From Asterias rubens (taxonomy: Eukaryota): DNA of 64,000 nucleotides. A program made the translations under genes and the position numbers. Each line of letters opens with the position of its first letter. The first letter of the stretch is position 1. Shown here piece by piece: positions 14,301 to 26,300 of the stretch. Location of the stretch: positions 11,160,001 through 11,224,000 of the forward strand of contig NC_047062.1 in the NCBI RefSeq assembly GCF_902459465.1, in the 5' to 3' direction. Under the pieces are notes generated by a model. That model was not told where the DNA came from and ran no database searches. It saw nothing but the letters and a program-made list of their open reading frames with translations.

Positions 14301-17300
14301 AACCGCGATTGCCTTTTTTTTCTTAACCGGATATCCGCATAGGGCGCGAATAGCTATTTATAAACCGGATAGTTCTGTAATTACAACCAAGTAACCGGAT
14401 ATTCTTTAATATCGGAATATCCGCGGACGTCGGGCGACAACTGATATGAATGTTTTGTCTGAATCCTTATGAAACTTTATTAAGACAGCATAAAACAGCA
14501 TAAATTAAGTATTTAACTATGCTCACCTCCGTGAAGAGTTAAAACAATGACATTTCTGACGTAATTTGTTCAAAGATTACAAAAGTTTTCCTTCACGTAG
14601 AGTCAATCACGATCAAAAGAATTAGCAAATCGCCATCTTTAAATTAGATCCGGTCATTTTTATGAATGAACCGAGTGACACTGTCTAAAACTAATATCAA
14701 TCCGCCCATAAGATCTCATTCACAAACGAACAGCGCCCTCTGGCGGCAAATGTTTTAAAAAAATTTTGGTAATAGCGCCCACAAGCGGCGAAAAAACTAT
14801 TCGAATATCCGGTTAATTTCGGATAGTTGGCCAGCGGTATCCGAATAACAAAATTTCACTATTCGCCCAGCACTAGTGTCCACTGTCTTTAACTTGTGGC
14901 TATTGTGAAAACAAATACAGGCCCAACTCCATAGATCTAATTAATCACAACAAAATTGTACACATTTTTACTTAACAGTTTAAGGCTGTCAGCCAAAATG
15001 GATATCTGTGACTGGTATCATGATTAGTTTGGCTAAGCAGAAAATTAAGTTAAGCATATTATTTTAAGCAGCTCTTAGAATTTGGGCACTTATGTATAAT
15101 CTTGATTAAAAATGGTGTTGGCCAAAAGGTAATCAGACTAGTTGATTGTAAAAAGTTGTCGGTAGTGCATTCTGCTCTACCAGTCAGGCTCCTAGTGGAT
15201 GATACCCATACCTATGTCCTTACGGACTGTGAAGGGGTAATCTTGTTTCAGCCCCAGGAGTAGGTGGCAATGGCCCCTCGTTGAAGTTAATTTGAATCAA
15301 TAGCCCAAGTGTAGCTTTCACCTTGATGTGGTCGTCTGGCCTTGTGATGTTAGGCGATCTCTCATAAACAAAAACATTTTAAAATAAGTTTTTAAAAAAC
15401 CTACTGTTTCCTTGATTAATTGTAGCGGTGAGGTATACTGCGAACCTAAAGATCTCACAATGATCCAGAAAGATTTCCTCCGGCATCACAGAAGTTGCCT
15501 CAACATCAATGTCATCATTTAACTGCAATATTAACAATTACAGCCATTTTACTACAGTTAATTTGATACCTTATACTCAAGGTTTGTATGTTCAAGAAAA
15601 TGAACTCATACTTCTGATCATGTCTAAGAGTGTAAGAAAAACAATTAAAAAAATTGTTTAGAGGCATCAGAAGAGTCTTTCTCAAAAGCTGAAGCCTTCT
15701 AAAATTTTTGGCAACTAACTACTAGTAAAAATTCTTGAATAATTGGACAACAATATCTTCTTTTTGAGATGAAGCTTACTGAACAAATAGAATGTTACAT
15801 TTCAGAGGTTTACTGAGCTTTAACATCACCATTTACGCATTTTAAAAAATCAAATTAATTATCAATTGAGCAAGTCAAGTCAAGTCACAAGTAATTTTTT
15901 CTCAAGTCAGGTCAAGTCACAAGTAATTTTTGTCACCAAGTAATGCCAAGTCACAAGTAAAGTTTGTTCCACCAAGCCAAGTCATGGTCACAAGTCGATT
16001 TTTTTTACCAAGTCAAGTCAAGTAGCAAGTCATTTTCCCTCAAGTCAGTTCAAGTCAATTTCTCCCAAGTTAAGTCAAGTAACAAGTCGATGAAATTGGC
16101 GGCTTGAGTCTGACTAGAGTCCAAGTCATCAGTGACTCAAATCAACAACAAGTCAATGAGGTCAATAAATACAACTCCTTATACAAGGTGAGTCAAAACG
16201 AAGTTGACCAACATTTATGATTTAAAAACAAAACAACTGACACTCAAAACAGTGATATTAACCATGCATTCTTTCCTGATCATTTCATGCCTGTTTTACT
16301 GAAAGCACTCAAGTTTTCTGTCCATGGAATGTTAATGCTTGACTGATTCTAATCTGTCCATGGAATGTTAATGCTTGACTGATTGTAATCTGTCCATTGA
16401 ATGTTAATGCTTGACTGATTCTAATCTGTCCATGGAATGTTAATGCTTGACTGATTCTAATCTGTTCATGGAATATTAATGCTTGACTGATTCTAATCTG
16501 TCCATGGAATGTTAATGCTTGACTGATTCTAATCTGTCCATGGAATGTTAATGCTTGACTGATTCTAATCTGTCCATGGAATGTTAATGCTTGACTGATT
16601 CTAATCTGTCCATGGAATGTTATTGCTTGACTGATTCTAATCTGTCCATGGAATGTTAATGCTTGACTGATTCTAATCTGTCCATGGAATGTTAATGCTT
16701 GACTGATTCTAATCTGTCCATGGAATGTTAATGCTTGACTGATTCTAATCTGTCCATGGAATGTTAATGCTTGACTGATTCTAATCTGTCCATGGAATGT
16801 TAATGCTTGACTGATTCTAATATGTCCATGGAATGTTAATGCTTGACTGATTCTAATCTGTCCATGGAATGTTAATGCTTGACTGATTCTAATCTGTCCA
16901 TGGAATGTTAATGATTGTATCAAGTATTCCGTGGAAAGCTTGCAAAATGAGTAACTTGATTAAAATAGACATAACTCCTCTTAAAAATGATCAATTTCTT
17001 TCATTCGTTTGTAAGCAGGAGAGAGTACTTGTTAAAAAAAGGATAAACATCCATATACATGTACTATACATAACACACTCCAAAATTGAAAATTCAAACA
17101 AAAGATGGCAAGTAAAAGCAATACACAAATGATATATACAAAAACCATGGTAAAATTAAAACTGAATTGCCCCTAATTGTCAAATTAGGAAGGGTATGCC
17201 AGTACCTTAAGATATTCCAATGGGGATATAGCTATTTGAGACTCTAGTAGATGGTTCCTGAAGATGTAGTCATTGTAGGGCATCAGTGGAAGTTTACTCT

Positions 17301-20300
17301 GACGCCAAGCATTCACGGGATCAAACCTGGTCAACTCATTCACCTGAAATTAAGAAGTTTGAATGCCAGAAATTGCACAAATTGGGAACGGCCTCCTAGT
17401 ACCACATACTTGCGGAGTGGGGGGGAGTAAAACAAATTGTCAGGTGATAAGGAAGTCGCAGTAGGAAGAGGAGATGAGAAAAACAAAGGTAAGAAATTGT
17501 TTATCCTCCGCACACACATAAAACACATTATTGTCAATTAGCAGAAAAGTAGTTTCTGATGTTAACTTCATGGTAACATAGCAAGTAATAAACCACAAGG
17601 GAAAGTAAGGGTAAATTTGTAATACTTTTTGGTTAACCAAAGACAAATTTACTCGGGCAGGACTTGAACCAGTGTCTTTGGCACCAGGCAGACATGAAGT
17701 TATATGAATTTAGAAAGAAAGAAAAACTTGAATTTTCGCATTCCTGCAAGTTTTTTGTTTCCTTTTTATTTTATTCTATGCAAGTTGCCAGACACACAAG
17801 GCCTGAAGGCCACTTCAATGTGTGGGCTGGCAATCAACTCTTTTTCTGGGGGCCGTTGCCACCTACTCCCGAGGATAAAATAGGGTTTTCTCCTTTAGGC
17901 CTACAGCCCATGTACGGATGTAGACTTGGGTATATCATACATCAGAAGCCCGGCTGGTAGAACAGAAAGCACCACCTCCCCAACTTATAAATTGTTTACC
18001 TCCAGAGGAGCATTTTCATCCAGGGATTTCATAATGTGCACTATGGCTTGATAGACCTTCAAAGACTCCGCCGTATGAAGCCTGTCGTTAAATGAAACAT
18101 ACGGCGCTTCCAACTTATACTGTTTCAATCTGGAGTACGGCTGGATGTTGGTAAACTCAAACCGAAGCACCTCAAATGGGCATGGGGGTGGCATCTCAAA
18201 GGAACTGATGAAGGACAGAAAATTTAAAGATTCTCTCAATTTCTTAGTTTTAATAACTGCAATCAGATGATGGCCCTTCAAACACGTTGGTTTCCCATTG
18301 CATGTACGTAGCTCCTCCCGTTGCAGGCCAGAGTCCCAGCACAAGATGTCCACATTAGGTGGTTTGTGGTCTGCCACGGAAACAGCGTCCCTGAACAGTT
18401 TCCCTAATGTGTTATAATCATGACTATAAACTGGAAGGAAATTATTAAACATGGCTGGGAGGGCTTTAAGTTGATATTTTTACATAAAATTTGCTAGCTT
18501 AACTAAGTTTGACGCTACCACTACTCACCCGGTGTCATCTTGTCTCAACTCCTCCTTCCTTAGAAGCCATTCTTCATGTTCTATTATATCAGCTACTTCA
18601 AGACCTCGTTTGATGATCCTCAACTTCTCTGTACTGTTGTTTACTGTAGCTATAATCTGAAACACAAGTTGTAAAACCAATCTATGGCAGGGCGATCAAA
18701 TTTGTTGAAATTGTACAATACTGGCATCAGACGATTTCACGAAATGCTAGGTATAATCCAGCCTCGAGTTTAGGATGAGTAACTCGCCCTAACTTAGGAT
18801 CAATCTTTAGGTCTGCGTGCTACAGTGCAGGGTTGGGACTCCTCCTAAGTCTAAAGATTAATCTTAAGCTAGGAAGAGTTTGGTGAAATCAACGGCTGGG
18901 CTCGTAGCTCAAAATTTGTACTGGACCAGAATTTATTTTTACAAGACCGGACTCAAAATGTGTTGAACAAAGTGCTTATACACAGCAGTGTAAGGGTACA
19001 TGTAAAACTAAAATGGCCAAGCGAAAGAGCACCGAACTCAAGCTATAGTGTTTCTGTTCAGCAGAGTAGGAGTTCAATTCCCGGTCATGGCACCTGACTG
19101 CTTCTCTCCACCCAGGGATAAATGGGTACCTGTGAGGGCAGAGATGGTTCTTGTGATTGATTTAGCCGAGTAGCGCATAATTAATGTTGCACATGCTGTA
19201 TACTCCCAAGAAGCTGAGATGGTTTTAAGGAATGAATTGAGGCCCAGTGTCCAGGGGTAATAATGTTGGAAGTGCTTTGAGACGCCCTTCTTGTGTGAAA
19301 AGCACTATATATCAAAACTGGTTATTATAATAATAATAACAATAATAATGTAATGCGCACATATCCACCCTGCTGGGTGTTCAAGGCGCAATATTATTAT
19401 TACTATTAATATTATTAAACAGGGTTACTGATGATGTCCTACCAGGGACATCTTTTATGCACTTGCCTCCTGTAATTGATTGTCTGCGTCAAAGAAGATA
19501 CTGAGTGTCTGTTCTTCCTCGTGGAAGTCCGATGGTGTGATTTGTCCACCGAGGAAAGAATAAAGAGAATATCCTGACGAGGGCCTCAAAAGCTTGAGAA
19601 CAACAGTCTCTGCTGCCACACCATACCAAACCTACATTATAAGATAAATTGGCAAAACTGACTCTTTAGTTCAAAACAACAACAATAATTTTTTTTTTTT
19701 AAATATTCACCAAGTAGTTTGAACTAAAACATGGGTTTTTGTTATAATAATCGTTATATGGTACCTATGTTTGAAATGGTTAAAACTAAAAAAAAGGCCC
19801 ACAAGTTTAATGAAGTAAATTTAAAGTTACCAGAAACGTTACTTTTGTTTCATCCTTAAAACAAGAAATACAAATATAAGGAAAGGATTATAAATCTCCC
19901 TTTCTTTTGAGAGGGGGAGGGGGGCTGGGGTGGTACCTAAAGTCACATATCCAAGATTTCCAAGTTTCTCTGCTTTTGTTCCTGGGCCCAACTTCATAGA
20001 GCTGCTAAGCACAAAAATTTGCCAAGTGTGAAATTCCTTCCTTAATAAAAACAGGATTACCATTCAAATTTCCATGTGATTTTAAGGATAAGCACACAAC
20101 AGCTGTTACTAGTTACAAGCAAAATGCAATGAATGGAAATTTGGTTGGTAATCCTGTTTTAATCAAGGAAGACATTTCATGCTAAGCAAATTTTTGTGCT
20201 TAGCAGCTCTATGAAATTAGGCCCAGGTGGTGTGCTGTTGTTGCTTTTATGGGGTTTGTTCTATTTGTTTGTTTTCTCATTGTTCTGCGTTTTGCTTTTT

Positions 20301-23300
20301 CAACAGGGTCCCCAAGGAGAACCGTGTTTTTACACTGATGGGGCTACTCTGTAGAGATAATACTTAATAATAATACTGATAATAATGAATCTTGGCGCGC
20401 TTACCATCTCAGATCTACATTTACTTTTAAGTTTGTTAACTTTGTGAAGTAATTGAACAATCCTATACCTCACACTGCTCATTCATGAAAGCAAACCCTG
20501 TGCCATGTGTGAAAGTCAACAATGTGATGTTAGAGTCCGATGTGTACTCAGAGATAACTTGAAGACATTCTCCTGCGTTTGGACTGAAACAAAAGTAGAA
20601 ATCAGATTTCATGAAGAAGTATAAAATTAAATAAATAACAAAATTACAAAAGGGGTAAGTTTAGGTCTGATTGCCAGTTCTTGCTCGTCATTTTTGTCCA
20701 CTCAGATTGTGTTCTGAAAAAGCATATGCCTGTGATATTTTTACAGGACTCGGGAAAGTACTTTGTATACAGTGCTATAACACACATCGGTGTATGGGTA
20801 AAAACCAAAATTAATTTTCGATATCCATGATGAAAATTTAAGATCTATTACACCAATAATATTATTATCATTAGTATTAATTAAAAATCACTTAGCAGTT
20901 TGTTCTGCTACCTGTAGAGTAGTTTCCGTCCCCATAGAAATAATTGAGAGGAGATGATTCCACCGAATGTTACTCCCCTCAGGTGCAATGGGATGGTCTC
21001 TCTATCAACTAGTGATTCTGCCTGCTCAACAGCGTTGAGAATTACTTCATTATCACCCGAACCTAGATGAAAGGAAAAAATTAAGCATTTATCGGAAAAT
21101 TTTAAATTTAAGTTATACCTTCTGGTTAATTATAAGTTGATGTTTAACTTAATTTGTAAAAATGGACATGCTGCAGTTTCATTTTAGGAATAATTAGTAA
21201 AGATAGGATCCAGGAGTTTTACAAATTAAAGGGGAGGGGTAAAAAAAAAAAAAAAAAAAAACCAACAAACAAAGCCAAAAAAAAGTAAAAAAGTAAATGC
21301 ACAGTTGCAATGAATATGGGCAAGAAGCCACCAGCGGGTAATAAGAATTTGAGGTCTGTAGTGAGATTAGGGATATTATGAAAGACATCGGACACTGTTG
21401 ATATTTACTCAAAATAATTATTAGCATAAAACCTCACTTGGTAACGAGTAATGGGGAGAGGTTGATATTACAAAACGTTGTGAGAAACTGCTCCCTCTGG
21501 GGTAACGTAGTTTTCAAGAAGTAATTTTCCACGAATTTGATTTTGAGACCTCAGAAAATATTTTGAGGTCTCAAAATCAAGCATATGAAAGCACACAACT
21601 TTGTGTGCCAAGGGTGTTTTTTCTTGCATTATCATCTCGTAACTTCTACGACCAATTGAGCAAAAATTTTCACAGGTTTGTTATTTTTGTTGACATACAC
21701 CAAGTGAGAAGTCTGGTTTTTAACAATTACCAATAGTGTCCAGTGTCTTTAGAGGTGGAACAAAATTACAATTTAGCGGTCATGAAAAATGAAATTAGGT
21801 TTTGCAGCAGGTTGTACAATTTTAGAAAGAATGTCATGATCCATTTTTAATTGTGTGTGTGTGAGTGAGTAGGTTACGATAAACATTCAAACCAGGGGGG
21901 ACCTATAACAAAAGAGGAACAATAGGAGGTCTATGGTTGCAGGCATATACCATCCGGGGTGTGGGGGGGGGGCAGACTAACTAAAACCAGCTCATTGCTG
22001 CAGCTTCACAATTCATCAAGTAATAGGATCCCTTTAAAGACTGCATGTATTATCCAGGAAGAACTATTTAATTAAATATTAATTATGGTTCTCATTAGCG
22101 ATCCATATTCGAACCATAATATAAATTATGACAGTCGAATACTTTTCAAACCATGTCAAATTCTGAACCCACCCAATTCAACAGGAAATAACTTGTCATA
22201 AATTGTAATTGTAAATGTGTTCTGCCCTTAATAATGAACTTCCACATTTGAAAATGAGATTGGATTGATAAGGAGTGGTCAGGATGGAGGAAGTGCACTT
22301 CATTATAACACTATTGTTTATGATTGTTTAAAAACAATAGTACTATCCGAATCACAACCAGAGCAATTACCTTCATTTGCTAATTGGCTACCGGAGAAAT
22401 TTCTCAGAACAGTCCATTGACGTGAAGGGGTGCCACCTAAAAGTTAAACACATCATCTCGAAAAAATTAAAACTTCCAAAATCACTTAATTTGTTTACCA
22501 AATCACTTAATTTGTTTACCAAATCATAATTTTAAGTATACGTAGTTAATTAATGGGTGCTTTTTATTGTTATTATTTTATTTAATCTCCATTAATTCAA
22601 TAAAAAGTACACACCAAAGAAATACACTAATACCTAAAATAGAGATGGAGAATGCTAAACTGAGGAGGAAAAATGAAAATGTTTCTACTTATAACCAAAA
22701 GGTTCAGTCTGTGGATAAAAACATCCATAAAAGGTTCAGACAGGTGTGATACCAAAATTACAAGATATACACAATGACAAATGTGAACTTGTATGGGTTG
22801 AATCAAGGAGAAACAGCTGATTTGACTACAGAGATAGATGTTAAACAATGGATACCGATGGGCAATGGGGTCCACAAGGCAGGCACACTATGTAAGAATA
22901 CTTCTTAAAAACTAGATGTTTAAAAAAGGCGCTGGACACCCGTTTGGCAATTGTCAAAAACCAGTATTCTCACTTGGTGTACCCTGATATGTGCATATAT
23001 ACAAAACAAAATTAAAAATCTGTGAAAACTTGGACTCAATTGTTCATCGAAGTTGCAAGAGAATAATGAAAGAACACCCTTGTGGCACAAAATTGTGTGC
23101 TTTCAGATGCCCAATGAAAAGCTTCTGATTTAGGCCTGGAAGTATTTTATTTGAGTGAGAAATTACCTCTAACTCAAAAACTACGTTATTTCAGAGTTAC
23201 CTCAGAAAAAAAACTACACGGAGGCCATGGAGGCCACAGCCTCTGTTGCCCCCTCGTCTTGGCATCGTGCCTCTTCAGAAGTTTCCAATAGATTTTAAGA

Positions 23301-26300
23301 TTTGAAAAAAAAAAAAAAAAAAAATGGGCTTGCCCTCTCAAAGATGAATCACAGGCCTGTTTTTTGTAAGTTGTGGTTTTTATATTTGGAAAAATCGTAA
23401 CACTATAAAAAATCTAAACTGCATTACTATCACATAGTGGCTAACAGGTATGTATCTGGGGCCATGGTTGGCTTGTGCGTAAAGCGCTCGCCTCACACCG
23501 TAAAATTTGTTTTTTTTACCATTATACGTCACAATGTAGTAGCTTGAATCTCCTTTCAGAAGTAGCAAGAACTCTTGATCTTTTGTCCCACTGACAGTGC
23601 CGCTAACAATCTCACAAGAAGTACCTTTTACAAAGAACATTAATATAATAATAATAATCATTTATCGTAATATAGCGCCTCACATTAAAAACTTCAAAAC
23701 GCTGTACAGACAGTTTTTACTTATATACATTAAAGGAACGGTACAGACATGGTAAGAAACAAAAATCGTAAAGATCACACATTTACATAAAAGTTGTAAA
23801 GTAGAAAACATCCCTTGAAATATTTCTGTCTGAAATTTCATATTTGATGAGAAATAAAAAATCTAACTTCGCACTTGTTTTGGCATCGATGCAATGCAAC
23901 ATTTGTAATCGGTTTTACACTATTCTCTCATGACCCAGATGGCTGATCGATCTCAAACTTCTACAGGTTTGTCAGTTTATGTATATGGTGGATTACATAA
24001 AGTGCTTACACTGCCAGCAACTTTTTTGCTAGCAAAACCAATTCTGTAATGTTCCTTTAAGCTAAAAGGAGATCAGCAAAAATTAGTAGGAAGATGATTC
24101 CAGAGTTGATGCATAAATGGAAAAAGCATATTAACCCCAAAAAGTTCTGAAACTTTACAACTTATATAGTACAAAATAACTGTTGATAGCATTCTTATCC
24201 CCAGAAAAATAAAACAGATCAAACAAACAAGGAAATTAAGTGTATGGCTACGGTTAACAGTCTGTTTGTGTTATTCAATTCTAACTTTTCAACACAATTC
24301 TGTTCATTAAAAGCAAGAATTGGCTAACTTGCTTGCAGAAATTTATTTTTTTCTTTGAATTAATTTGTTTCAGATAATGCTGTATCAAAACAAAAGACAT
24401 ACAACAGCCACAGACAGTGCACAATGTACATGTTTAACATGCAAAATTATGTGTACACAGTATGTGGCTGATGGTTGTGAAATGATGTCAGGATCCCCAC
24501 AATGATTCACTGTTAGTTTTTAATTAAATAGCAATTATCGCTGGCTGATTTTTTTTTTTTTTTTTTTTAATACTTTAAATAAGAAAATGATAATTTTCTT
24601 TAATCTAAATAAGAAATATTTTACTTACTTATTCCAGTCATTTAAATCCAGTGCCATAAACAGTCAATAGCCAATTTCCTTTTTTGCAATACCTTACATG
24701 AGAAACTGATCATTTTCTTGAATCTATAAATATAATTAAATTACTGATTCCAGTCCTTCATAATCCAGTGCCATATAAAGTCAACAGCATGTTGTAATAC
24801 TCCAGTGTTTCTGATCAACAAAGTGTGGGTTCAAGTCCCGCTCATGACCCTTTTGACCTTCAGCAAGACACTTTAATAACCTCATTGCTTCATCCTTTTG
24901 GATGGGATGTAAATATATGTCTGGTGTTTTGTGAAATGCACGTAATAGAACCCAGTACACTTATTATAAAGGAAAGGGGTTTGCCCAAGACTTGTGGATC
25001 AGTCGTTAAATGTCTGTTGTGGTGAAAGCGCTTCGACTCTCTCCACGATTCCCGCAACTACTGCTGGATCGTGCTGATGTGCAGTCCCATATGGGGGAGA
25101 AGTGGTCGGCAGCCAGCAGCTTCGCGAGAGAGCAGTATTCGATCGCGGAAACCTGAACCATTACCACCACGACTGGACTATCTCACAGTGACAGACCATT
25201 AAACGACTTGTCCAGAAGTCTAGGTTTGCAAAGGTGTTTCTGGCATATGGTCTGGTAGCAATGCAACATGTCACCAAATATCTCTTTCAAGGTATTGTAT
25301 TATGGTCTTATAAAATCATTCTTATGACAGGCATGGCGCAATATAAAAGAACACCTTTATTATTATCGTTTCACACTTACTCTCTGTTTGATTTAAAACA
25401 CTACAAACGCCTCCTCCACTGTCATCCAGTAGTTCCTGAAAATCTAACATCATGCCTGAGGCAAAAAAAATAGAGAAAAAATAATAGTTTATTTGGTGGG
25501 CCACATCTGAGAAAATTTTGTTTTCAGTGTTAGAAACCCTGTATTAAGCTCTAGTTTAAGCCCTGTATTTAAGCCATTGGACACTTTCTGAACAGAACAA
25601 AAATTAAAAGTTCACAGATTTACAAATAACTTGCAGGGTTTACAAAAGGTAATTGTGAAAGACTTCCCTTGAAATATTATTCCACGAAACGCTTTACTTT
25701 TTGAGAAAACATTTACACAATTTGTCGCAAATCTCGATATCGAGGATAACAGATTTATTTTAAACACATGTCATGACACGGCGAAACATGCGGAAACAAG
25801 GATGGGTTTTCCCGTTATTTTCTCCCGACTCTGATGACCGATTGAGCCTAAATTTTGACAGGTTTGTTATTTTATATATAAGTTGTAATACACGAAGTGT
25901 GGGCCGTTTACCGATGTTGTGCGATTGCTTTAAATGCTATAAATGCATGTTATTAATATTATTATTATTAGATTCTTACTTTGAAATCTGTCGAAAATAA
26001 TTATCTAGTTGTACTTGACCTCTCAATCTATATACCCCATCAAAGTTAAGAATTTTCCTGGAGGGATTTGAGAAATAATTTGGGAGGCTAATCATCCTGA
26101 CTCGCAGCGAAGAGCTGAATTGCAAAGGTAGCAGCTATTTTGTGTTCGTGCAAGGGCCCCTTCGGATGGTCTGGAAAACCCTTGTGAAACATCAGAGAAC
26201 CAAACGCACAACTCACATATGGCCCTGGCCGGGTATCGAACCAGGGCCACCGTGGTGTGAGGCGAGCGCTTTATGCACGAGCCAACCATGGCCCCAGATA

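Noticed and set aside
16309-16923. 204-aa repetitive ORF (ALTFHGQIRISQ)n
   Set aside because: A by-product of a 36-bp minisatellite; no splice sites join it to the phase-consistent CATSPERG model.
26200-26296. tRNA gene
   Set aside because: Has A/B boxes but no complete cloverleaf, and recurs as a repeat head; treated as a SINE (same for ~5690, 12390, 19010 and 24800).
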